Source of the DNA: Cyanophora paradoxa CCMP329
Taxonomy: Eukaryota; Plantae; Glaucophyta
NCBI GenBank assembly: GCA_004431415.1
Contig: QPMI01000579.1
Span: forward strand, 157,077-221,076
Direction: 5' to 3'
Length of the DNA stretch: 64,000 bases
Part shown: positions 1-12,000 of the stretch, one piece after another
Layout: every line of letters begins with the position of its first letter
Numbering within the stretch: position 1 is the first letter of the stretch
Translations under genes and position numbers: made by a program
The notes under the pieces: generated by a model
Told to the model about the DNA's origin: nothing
The model's input: only the letters and a program-made list of their open reading frames with translations
Databases searched by the model: none

Positions 1-3000
1 CCGTGAACGCTTGGCGGAAGAGCAGGGTCGGTCCAGGATAGTAGACGTGAATAGACTTGTCGGCCGGGGTCACAACAAAACGAACGGTGAGCACGGCCCC
101 AGGGTGGTACAGGAGCCCGTAGTTCGCTCGCCGGACGAGCTCGGAAACATTCGCCCGCAGCGGAATGTTGCCCATTGAGAAACTCAACCCCTCGCCAGCA
201 GTGGCGCTGGAAGCACCTGAAATGAGCATGTCGAAGCTGATTGTCTGGAAGCGCGGGATCTTGGCCGGTGAAAAAACGAGCATTCCCGCCTGGTTCACGA
301 GAAGCGTGGTCAGCGACAGGTAGCCGCCGTCGTTCTCCGAGCGGGCGGCGTGTCCGGAGAGGGCGGCCCGGAAATCCTTGATGAAGGGCAGGGAAAAGTC
401 GGACTGGAAGACAACCGGCGACGGGAAGAAATCGAAGTCAAAGTCGGCAGCAACATCTCCCCAGTCCGATACGCTCCCGACAAGATTGCCGGTTAGCACA
501 ACCCGGGAAGAAGTCGCATCCATGATTACGCTTTGGCCCGCCCGTCTAGGAAGTAGTTGCGCCGTCGTGGGCTTGAGAGCCGATGGAGAAACGACGCTCG
601 GCGATACAGTGAGAACCGAAGACGAGTCCGGCAGGGAACGCGTGGTATTCAGCTCTCGATACGTGCAGCTTGCGCCAGCAGCCGATGCAAACGCAAGTTT
701 CATCGTGTTCGTGGCGTTTGTGGGTATAGGATCAAGGTCGATGATCTTGAAATCGTCGATCCAGTGCTCGCCCACATAGTACGTGTCGTAGAGCCCGAGG
801 CCTGTGTCGCCAATGACAGCAAAGTTCCAGTCGCTCGTTGGATTGAAGCCGGGTAGCTGGACACCGTTCATGATGATCTTGCCGTCCCGCCACATTTTCA
901 GCGACGCATAACGCTCGGTCCTGCCGTACCACGTTCTCCGAACGATGTCGCTCTGGACACGGATGCGGATGTTCATCCACTTGCCGGCAGCCGGCCGGAC
1001 TCCTCCCCAGGCAAAGCCGCGGTAGCGCTCGGCCGGGTAGTAAGCGTAAATGTAGTCCCAAATCGTCATCCAAGAGATGCTCAGGCCGTTACCAGCCGCG
1101 TTGAGATTCGCGAGCCACCACCTACGCGTGCTCAAATAGCGGTTGATGTTCGCACAGGGGGTGAGGGTCGAACCAGTTCCACGAGAATTTCATCTGAGCA
1201 TCGATGCTGGGTTCGAGCGAGATTCCGGGTCCGTCTGCAATTTCGATTTCAGCTTCAGCCTGTTCCAAGGAAGCGGGAAGAGGCTGTCTACCACTTACAT
1301 GCAAATACAACACCCTTGCCACGCCCGACAACGCGCATCTTGAACGAAACTAGCGGGAAACAAAGTTCGATTGCGAAAGCTGCGAAAATGGCGCGGCGAG
1401 TTGCAGACCTTCGAAAGAGCGTGGCTTCACCGGCGGGCTGACGACGAACCATCCCTGCTGCTTCTCCTTAAACTCCGTAAGGCGGAGCGATCCGTTGACG
1501 ACCTTTGCTGAGCCGAACATCGACGAGCGGTAGTAGCGGGAAAGCCACTCCACGCTCGGACTGCTCGTGTTGAAGTCGGCTTCGTACAAGACGCGAGTTG
1601 AGGAGATGCCGAGGGTGAAGTTGAAACTGGGAGGCGCATCGCTCGAGCGGTTCAGCGGGAGGATCTCGGAGACGAGGCCCCTGTAGAAGCCGCCTACGGT
1701 GATCTCCAGGGCGCGGCCCTCCCCGTTGGTGGGCACGTTGTCCAGCCGCGGCTCGAAGGAGCACATCATCGCCGACCGCGGCACGTCCATCGACGCCGCG
1801 GCCTGCAGCGAGATCCGGGAGGCGGACCAGCCGCGGAGCCCGCAAGTGAGGACGCTCGTCTCGTCCGCTTCGCAGGGAGTGAGCGGCAGAAGTACACAAT
1901 CGCAAAGAGGGAGACGCACCTCCCTGGCCGACAGACGTCGCCACAAAGGCTGTGTTGTTGTAGAGAACGGAGAAGGGCCCTTCGCGGCACGACGCTGCAG
2001 CCTTAATGTCCGTATTCAGGTAGCGGTCGCCGCTTTTGACGCTCATGTTCGAAAGCGCGACTCCACCGTACCACCACCAGGGCGCGAAAGCGGACCAAGA
2101 GAATGTCCAGTCGGAGCGCGGGCTCCAGTCCTTCAGTTCAGCCCAGAGGGCGTCGATGCCGGACACAGAGACGTAGAGCCGCGCTCCCGTCCGATCCGTC
2201 TCGTGCGGCATGACCGACACCGTCACTTTGGCGTCCCTCCAGCCGCGGTACGAGTACGCCCAGAAGCTCCAGTGGACATAGCCCCACCTCCACTGGTACC
2301 ACCGATCCCGCGGTCCCCGGTACGCCATCGCCACCCAGTAGCTGCAAACCGGCGGCATCGTTGATCGAACTCGAGCTTTTGAGCGTCGATCAAAATTACC
2401 TTCGGAACTGTATGAGAAGCTCGTAGGATCCGTCAATGGACCCTGCCCCCCACGACCACCAATCGGTCACCGGATCCATAGAGGAGCCGCGCGGGAGCCC
2501 ACTTCCATATCTGCGCCCGACCAGTGAATGCCAGCAGGGCCATAACCAAACAAATTGCAGCAAAGCGCAAGCGAACCTGAACGTAAAGCCATCGTACCAA
2601 CTTGAGCTTGTCACGGTCTGGGTCACAGTGAAATACGTGACCGCCCGTGGGGCCTCTACGATGAGCATGCCCGCTTGGCCAGAGAGCGCCTCCTCTGAGG
2701 TCTTCGGCAGGGTCGCAAGGTAGAGGTACCCATTTTCAATGCGGGCGGAGCCGGCCATGGATGCGCCAAACGGCACTGGATAGGAGCTGTTGAAGGCCGA
2801 CGCAAACACTTGGTTGCTGAGAGCGACCAGGAACTCGTACGTGCTCCCGAAGCCTCCGAAGGCTCTCACGTGGCCCACTAGCGAGCTGTTCATGCGGAAT
2901 GCGAGCGCGTCGGAGTCAATCACGACGGGAGCATTCGACGCGTCCCTGATCCTCAGAGTGCAAAGCGCGGTCTGCTCGGTGAACGCGCCGGGGTCGACAG

Positions 3001-6000
3001 GACTGCACGAGACTGAGGACTGACTTCTGTCTGGCGTGCCGGTAGGGACCGTGTAGTTGGCCAGCGTCGTTGCTGTGCGAGATTGCCCACTCCTGACCTC
3101 GATGCTGCCTTGCCCGATGTCTGCTGCATCGTATGAGTAGAAGGTGATATCGTCAATTGCGTGCTCCGTGGCGGGTACGCTCCGCGCGTAGTAGTAGAAA
3201 TAATACCACCTGCGCGGAGAAGGTCAGTCTGGTAGAACGCTATCGCTTCTTGATATATTCGGCAAAGGTGCAGACCACCACCTGCCGAATGATTAAGAAG
3301 GCTACTAATGACATCGATGGAAGCACATACCAGTAATAATGGTTTGCGCGGAAGCCTGTCGATGCGCCCCACAGTAGAATCGAGTCGGCAGGTGGCTGCA
3401 GGCAACAGCAATCGGATGAGCATGCCGAGGGCAAATAGAATTGGAAGGAAGCGCAAAGGGCGCACATTCCACCAGTAGAGGGGGTAGTTCTGCAAAATGG
3501 TGCGGTCGTCCAGCACGACGGTGATTGCGGCCGTCTCGCGGTAGAACGAGCCGTAGCGCCAGTACGGTCTGTACCAGATGTACGGCGTGACGGATATCGT
3601 GATCGTGTGCCACTTGGCGGGGGCGTTGGGCGGCTCGTAGGTCGAGTACCACGACCAGGCCCACTGCGGCCAACGGGGCCACTTTGCGTGCATGCGGTTG
3701 AAGACTCGCACGTAAGTCCAGCCATTAGCGCGGATCAGCACGCTCAAGCCGTCACCTGATTACGCAGGCTCGTTCTGAAAGCACTCTAATGAAAATGTTT
3801 GCAGAAAACCGGACGCACCGGCCGCGCTGAGAGGATGGTCCCACCACTGGTCCCAGATAAGCGGGTCGTTGGGCGTGGTGCCAACGGTCATGTTTGAGCC
3901 CTGCAAGGAGAACCCTCTCAGCTCGTTTTTGCGCGCAGCTAGCGAAAATGGTGCAAGCAGCGAGACGCACGTAGCTGAACGAGATGCCGTCGCCCTTGTC
4001 GGCCTTCAAGCGGTACCTGAAAGAAATAGTGAAGTACCTTGGGGAGCCCCCTGGGCGGACTGTGTACGTCCCAAGCGTGTTCGCGACCTCCGGCGTGAGC
4101 GCAAGGTACTTGCCAGTCCCGTTTATGCGTGCGGCTCCGCCTAGGGCGGAACGGTACTTCAAGCCGCGCAGAGTGGTTGCCGGATCCGCGCTGAAGTCTT
4201 CTTCAAACAGGACACGACTCGGCTTGGGTCGGATCGAGAACTTGAACGACCCATCACCGAGGGCCTGCAGATCGGACGTAACGCGACCCTGAAGGCTGCC
4301 GTTGATTCGCAGGAATAGCGTGCCGGGGTCGACGACGAGCGGGACCCCCATGTAGCGCGGCGTAAACGTGCAGTCCACTGACGAGTCGGCGGGAACCGCG
4401 CCCGTGCTGACGGACCACGGCGCCGTATGCGCGCACTGGAGCCCGCTGGTCGACGCATCGCCGTTCGTCACCACGACCGTCTTCGACGCCAGAAGCTGAG
4501 TGAAGGATCCGAATCCTGAGTACACTCCGATGGTGCCGCTGCCGACGGGCGCGTCCCAGTTGTCGTTGCTGCGGATGAGCAGGTCGTCCACGCCCCACTC
4601 GGTGCCGTACCAGAGGCTGTCCGCCTCCAGACTGAACCGCCAGGTCGGCTTCGGCTCCCACGTCCTGAATTCGGCCCAGATGCGCGTTGTGCCGTCCTGC
4701 TCGGCAGTAAGCAGCAACTTCGAATTCGGCACTGTGGAGAGAAATTTCCAGAGCGATCAAGGAATCAAGTGCACCTGCTTCACGTGCAGAGTTGTCTTGC
4801 CAGCGGGACCGTACGGGTGCGGTACGATGTGGATCTCGATGTTGGACCATCGGTCTGGCATGTACGAGAGCCAGCTTGAGCTGACATACATGTGGTACTT
4901 GTAGACTGGGTCTGCATAAAAGATACTTCAGCACACTGAATTGAGCTCGGAGATGGAAGTAGAAATTGCACACCGTACAGCCAAGCTATTACGTAACCGC
5001 TACAAGCGCAACAGACTAGTGTTAGAGCAACAAGACGAGACGCACGAGAAAACGGCGTCGGCACATGTGCACCATCCGAATCGAACGAGCAGCGACTCTG
5101 GCCCTTGAATGTAGTTCCCGCCGCCGTACCACCACTCGATGTTCTCGATGCCCTTGTTGGGGCTGGTGCCGGCGCCGTAACGGAAGCTCATCCCGTAGGA
5201 GCACCACCATGCCCACGAGGAGTCGGTCCGCATCTTCCAGGACGCCGAAAAGTGCCGCGGCGCCTTGGGAACCTATTTTACGAACGCGATCGGCGAGCGA
5301 ATTTTCGTGAGATGTGGGAAGCGGTGAACAGTCTTTGATAAATACCTGAAGATGGAAAATTCCTGCTGCATCGGTGGAAGAAGAGCGCGGGGTGAGGGCG
5401 AGGTATCCGTCGCGGATCAACGCCATCCCCACGAGCATTCCCATGCTCGACTTGGCGTAGTTCGAGTCGAAGTCTTCGAAGTATATTGTTCGCGTAGGAA
5501 TGAACGAGAAGACAAAGCTGGAGCCGAAGCCTGAAAGCAAAGTTTACGTCTATTTTTGACAACTTCATTGCCACGCTGCCAAGAGGCGCACCTCCAAAAG
5601 AGGTTGTGATGGCGTTAAGGGTTCCGTTTATGAAGACGTTGATCGAGTCGGCGTCAATTGGAATAGGATCAGCACCGCGTCGTGGCACGAACGTGCACGA
5701 GACCTCTGTGTCCGTCCCGGCCGCCAGGACGTATTGCGCGCAGTCAAGCGTACCGTTGTTGGGAGCTGCAACCGCGGACATGTCAGCTTCAGTTGCGAGC
5801 TCAAAAAAATCTTTCGAACTCTAAAATCGTGCGCCAGCAATCGAAACGCACCGAGGGGCGAGAACTGATAGCGAGCGAGAACGTTGACGGACGGATTCCC
5901 GCGGCTTATCGCGATCTGGCCGCCGCCGATCTCGTAGTCGTCGTACCTGCAAGCTCATGTCAAATGCAATTGCGAGCAGGTGCACACAGGTCTCGCTGCT

Positions 6001-9000
6001 GTGTACGCACGAAATGATCTCAACGTTGTCGAGTTCGTGGTAAGAGGGCTCGCTCCGCCACCACCAAGTGGGAACGCCAGCAGCAGCTGCAGCGGTCCAG
6101 ACGAACACGGACGAAGATGCGGGCTCCCAGTCGTAGATAGGCATGTACCAGCTTAGTAAATCATGAGAATTAGGTAAACGTTTAATCTCATGATCATTAT
6201 CCATACAATCAATTTGGAGGCTTACACTGCGGGGTAGCCGTCGACCGTGACTGTGAGGAGCGCGTCACGACGGGTCCGCCAGTACCAGCGTATGTTCGGC
6301 TGCACTTGAATGGAAACATTGTGCCAGACTGTTGCAGCGTCGCTGCGCCAATAGAAAGGCACCCAGCCCCAGCCGTACTGCGGCCGTGGAGTTGTAGGGC
6401 TGTATGGAGACTCCGAGTGCAGCGAGACGCGAATGTAGGAGTATCCCCTGGCTCGGAAGAGGATCGAGAGGCCAGCACCGGCCGACGTAAACCGGTGCTC
6501 CCAGAAGTTGTCCCACATGGCCCAGTGGTCGGGGCCCATGCCGACCGACATGTTCGACCCGTAATGGAACGCGAACCCGTCGCCCTTGCGGTAGTCCATC
6601 CGGAAGCGGAAGTTGGCAGCAAAGTAGCGAGGCGCGTGCGCAGTCTTCACCTGCGGTGCGCGTATTAGCTAAGTAGTTTGTTCGAAAATCGAAACATTTC
6701 GAACCGCATAGACGCCGTCCGCATCCGACACAGGCGGTGTGAGGACAAGGTACTGTCCAGTCGAATTTACGTATGCGGCGCCGGTCAGAGATGCACGAGA
6801 TTGGAGCCCCAGAGATTCAGTCGGCCTGGAGCCTTGAGCAGGAGTGCCGTCGAAGCTCTCATAAAACAGAGTGCGGCTTGGTTTGGTCTGCGCGGCGCAT
6901 TTTCTCTCGGTAAATCGTAGCGGACGCGGACGCTGAAAAGAAGCGGCTTACAAGAATCGTGAAAGCGAATTTCCCATCCTCAACAGGGGCGATGTCTGCG
7001 ATTACCGATCCACGTAAGCTTCCGCTCGCGTCGACGAAAAGCTCTGCCGTCTTCGTTGCAATCGGCTCTCCCCGCAGAAGCGGCGTAAACGTGCATCTCC
7101 ACTGGTTTGCAGAGGGTCCGGAGCCCTCAAAGGTAGACCAGGCCTGCAGTGGGAGATGCTTACTAAGCTGAAAAAGAAGCGATGTGCATCGCACAGAAAG
7201 ACGTGACAAGACGTGTGCGCACCCCCGGAACAGAGCAGTTCACGTAGGAGGTGTTGTCCGGAGCCATGATCTCGATGGCGGAGGACGCGAGGGTGACGTT
7301 GCCGTTGAGGAGGGCTGTGATGGCGCCCGCGCCCGAGTTCAGGAGGAGGCTGGAGGCCACGTCGCTGTAGCTTTCGATCGAGACGTCGTCGATCTGCACA
7401 TTCGAGTCGTAGTAGAGCGACTCGCCCCAGAAGCTGAACCGGTGGTTCGCGGTCACCATGAAGTTTGGGATGGTCTGCGAGAAGTACGTCACTCCGTCGA
7501 CCTGCAGGCGTGCGTGCGGCCGCTAAACGTTAGCCAGGCGAGACCAAGGAGCTCGAGGCATGAAAGGACGGCGCGCCTTCACAATCAGCCGCGTCCTCGT
7601 CGGCAGATACATGTCCGGCACGCAGTGGATTTGCACGCCTCGCCACGTGCCCTTTGGGAACGAGCTGTAGATGTACCCCGCGCCGATCCAGGACTTGCTG
7701 GGCGCGTAGACGAATATGTAGCCTCCCGAAGGCCAAAGGGCTATCTTGACCGAGAAGGAGGCGCCGGGGATGTTCATGACGCCCCAACCGGACTCCAACT
7801 GCATGACGCTCTCCACGTTGGAGCTGAGCGACACGGACGGGCCAAAGCTGACGCCGGCGCCCGCCCAGAAGTAGTGCGGGTAGATCGATCGGGCGACGCG
7901 CAGCTTGAAGTCAACCCTGAACGAGCGCGAAAGGCGCGGCGGGTCGACGACGAACAGACCGATTTTCCACGAGCCAGCACCGATTCGCGTGAGGGACAGC
8001 GAGCCATCCTCGACCTTCGCGAAATCGGAGAAGGCCGTGCGGTGGCTCGTGACGCCCTCGGGGCCGGAGAAGTCCTCCTCGAAAAGCTTGTGAGAGGGCC
8101 GGTACAGGAACTCGAAGCGGCGCCCGATGCCGCCGAACTCTGTGACGGTTCCGACGAGCGAGCCGGACAGGCCGATACTGCACGTTTGCCGCTCGTCAGT
8201 GCAGACATCAACAGGGCGTAAAAACAAACCGGAACGCACAAAATGGCATCTCCGCTGATGGCTTCGCCGCTTTCAAGCAGGAGCGAACAACGGACGTCCC
8301 GGAGTGCGTAGCTCATGAGCTGCGTCGCGTCGCACTCCATTTTCATGGCGGCTGAGAATTCCGAACAACGAATCACGCATTCGATTGAAAAACTGCGTAT
8401 CGAAACGATGAAGACGCACCGCCATCCGGTGCAATTGCGGCCGAGCCGCGCGGGAAGGGCGAATTTCGCGATCCGGTGAACGCATCGAGGCTAGTTGCGA
8501 CAGCGCTGGATGTGCTCGACCCAAGCGACTCGACCAGAATTGACCGCACGGCGAACAAGCCGAAATCCGGCGCGTCGCCGTTTGAGGCCCAAAGCAGGAA
8601 CTGGTACTTCGAGCTGGCACTCCACGTGCCGATGAACGTGTTGTCGTACAGGGGCTTGCCCCCGAAGGTAGCCGACAGGGTCGCGTAGCGCTCTTTCCTG
8701 TAGCTCGCGTACCACAGATAGGAGTCGACGGTAATCACGAGTTCGCGCCACGCCGGTGCAGGGCCGCGTCCCTGCGGATCGTACGCGTAGCCGAAGACGC
8801 GGTGATAGCCTCCTGCGCCGAGCGAGAGTTACTTCCATATCCTCTACTGCTCGCAGACGACGCGCTCGGGCGCTAACCGTAGTACATAGAGTTCGAGGCA
8901 AACGCGTAAACTGTTCGAAACTCGTTAGACGTTCTCAAAGACAATCCGTAAAAAGAAGTGAAAGTAAAGTACGGTAGGGGCCCTGGCGGTAGAGGAAAAT

Positions 9001-12000
9001 AGACAGTCCGTACAGTGCTCGCATGGGGACGCGATAATACCAGTAGGAGTCGACGTGGAAGTAAGGCTGCTCGGCGGGGCGATCGGACGGGACGTTGGAG
9101 CCGTACGAGATGCCCAGGCCCTGCCCGTCGCCAATGGACACTTTGAGCGACATGCGGAAGAACCCGGGGGTCGTCGATCCCGAAAACGTGAAGTGCCCAG
9201 CTTCCTGCGGCAGCGAGCAGAGGCAAAGCGAGCCGTTCTGCAGGGACGCCGACCCGCCGAGGACGCTTCGGTGCGAGTCGATGCGCCCGGAGGCGAAGTC
9301 CTGCTCGTACACGACGCGGCGGCCGGCGGGGCGGACGGTGGCGTGCCAGTCGTACGTGTTGGGGACGCGCTGGAAGGCGGACATGGAGCCGACGAGGGTG
9401 CCCGAGGCGACGAAGAAGAGCTTGGTGGCGTCGGCGTCCTCCGAGGGAATGTACGCGATCGAGGGCGAGAGAACGCAGGCCGAGTCGAAGGGCGCCTCGC
9501 CGAGCACCGCGGACCACGAGCGGCCGGAGCAGGCCATCGTCGTCGTCTCGTCCATGTCGCCGTACGCGAGCGGCCGCGAGATGATCGGGTCGTCGTTCAA
9601 CATAACCTGCACGTACCCCGAGGCGCTGTCGGGGGGCAGCGTGTCCAGCGAAGAGATAACCAAGTCGTCGACCGCAAACTCGCAGTCGGCCGAAAAGGTC
9701 TGCATGCGCATGATCATACTCTATTCTTTATCAAAATAACAGGAGAGATGCAAAGCGCACCTCGGCGAAAAGAGAGTAGACGTTAGGCGGGTTCATGGGC
9801 CAGTTCTTTATTGTGTGCACGAGAATGACCACGTTATTTATCAAGATTCGCAGCTCGGCATCCGTCGACGCGAACGTTGGCATCACCTGTATGTTCACGG
9901 TTCGCCACTTACCCAGCGTCCGCAGGTCCGCCCCCCGCGCCGTGATGTACGTGGGCCCCGCTCCGTACACGTAGACGGCCCAGTACGCGCTGCATGGCTC
10001 TCTCGGTCAGCTGGGGATAAGCACATTCACCTCGTTTGTTCTGCTTACAGCGAGAACCGAATGGTGAGCAAGGAAGCCGTAGAGTAGCCACTGTAGCCCC
10101 AGATCCAGCTGCGCCAAGCTTGCTCAGGCAACTGTTTTAAAGTACGGCCCGAAAATCTGCACAATCTCGTCCAGGCACCTGTATTGCAGAACGTCCGTTC
10201 CAGCTCCGAGCGGTATACCGCCCACCGCGAATGACAACCCATACCCTTCCCACGAGTCGGGGCTCGGAGTGGAGCGGTACCGGAACTGCGCTGAGAAGAA
10301 GCGCGCTCTGCTTGGCGTCTGCGCGGTAAAGATGCCGGCCTTGTTCGTCCCGAGTCCCCGAGGGGTGAGGATCAGCATGCCGTTCTCTATGCGCGCGTGA
10401 GTGCCGTAGGCCGCCCGATGGTTTTCGAACTGGTCGCTGTCGAAAGAAGCGGCAAAGATGGTTGTCCCAAACTTCAGGGAGAACGTCCACTCATTGCCCC
10501 AGCCTCCTATCTCGCCCATCCTACAGTATAGTTAGCATCGTAAAAGAGCTGTAATGGGATTTCGGGACATCGCGCCTTCCAACGAGCGTGTTGGTGAAGC
10601 GAAGGCGAAGAGCCGTTGAAGCGTCGGCGGAGATCGGGATCAGAGACTCGCGAGGGCAGCTCGCGGCTACGGGGGCTTTGGAACGCGCCGTCAGCGAGAC
10701 AAAACGTGCAGCGTGCAGCTTGGAGCTTCAACGGCGCACCTCGAATGCCCAGTACCTCAGCGTACAGAGCGAGGATAGATGTGGTCGATGCTGCCGCGTA
10801 GACTCGAACGGTAAGGAGATTGCGGGACATGCCCAGAGATGCCACTTCCAACGCGGAGAAAGCGAACGAAGAGAACACGCCAGCTCCAATTGACTGTGTG
10901 CAACAGTAAGAGTGCGTTCGCAAATGTTGAACCATGATAGAGTCGAACACGTGCACACCGTAGGCTTAGAGAGACGGCCAGAAGCGAAAATTGAAAGGCC
11001 GTTGACGAGGATGTCGTCGACTCGCTGCTGGGCGAGGACCGAAATGTTCACGTAGGCGGACGACTGCAGCAGGCCAGACAAGTCGATCGCAGTCGTGAAG
11101 TCTACGTTCCCTGCCTGTGAAGCCTGCTCGGAGATCGCAGTCAAAGGCAATGCATGATGACATGAAGGCAAAAGAAGGCAAAATGCTTCTGACGCACAAC
11201 ACCAGACGAAGATTGAGAGATGTAGTAAAGCCGGGGGTTGTACGATGTCAGTCTAGACGCCCTGGCGTGCACAGATTGGTTCACAAGCGCGTAAAGAAAT
11301 CTTTACACGAAACATGAAGACGAATGCAAACCCAGCCGAGTAGAGTGAGTCGATACCAACGAAAGCTGGCGCAGGTGATGCGCTGGCCCCCGTCCAGAGG
11401 CCCGTCCAGTTGAAAGCCGCATCCTTGTACTGACCGGAGCTTGTCGGTGTGCCGCCGTTGTTTGGATCAAGCGCCCAACCTACGTGCTGACGTCACGCGA
11501 ATCCAAGTTTGACAGCAAATGAGACTTCAAAATGCATCAATACCAGTTCCGTAGCGATTGACAACCTCTGCACGCGCCCCCAGCGCTCCGCTTAAAGGAT
11601 CGCACGCTGGGGAGCGCGAGAATGATTTGATGAGATGCACAGCACGCGGCAAGAAGTGCACGTTAGAAGATTTACCGGATAGCGTCAGATGACAGTCTAT
11701 CGTGAGATTCGAGATAGTCTTTGAGCGCGGAGTGCAGCTTATTGTCGATGAAGCATCCGGAACTGACCCGCGTCCGCGATCAGAGAGAGACAGAAACAAA
11801 GAAACAAGACGGTATTCTGCAGAAGCGCGTCGCACCGACGGGGATGCGCGGTAAGATTTTGCCGCCAACCTCGACGTACACAGCAAGCATGGAGGGATTC
11901 CAGCCACCGAAGTTCGAATTCCAAGTTCGGATTGTCAGCGTATTAGTTCCCATGGCGAGGTTGTCTACATCTTCCGCGGTGAACTCCAGCTTTGCCAGCG

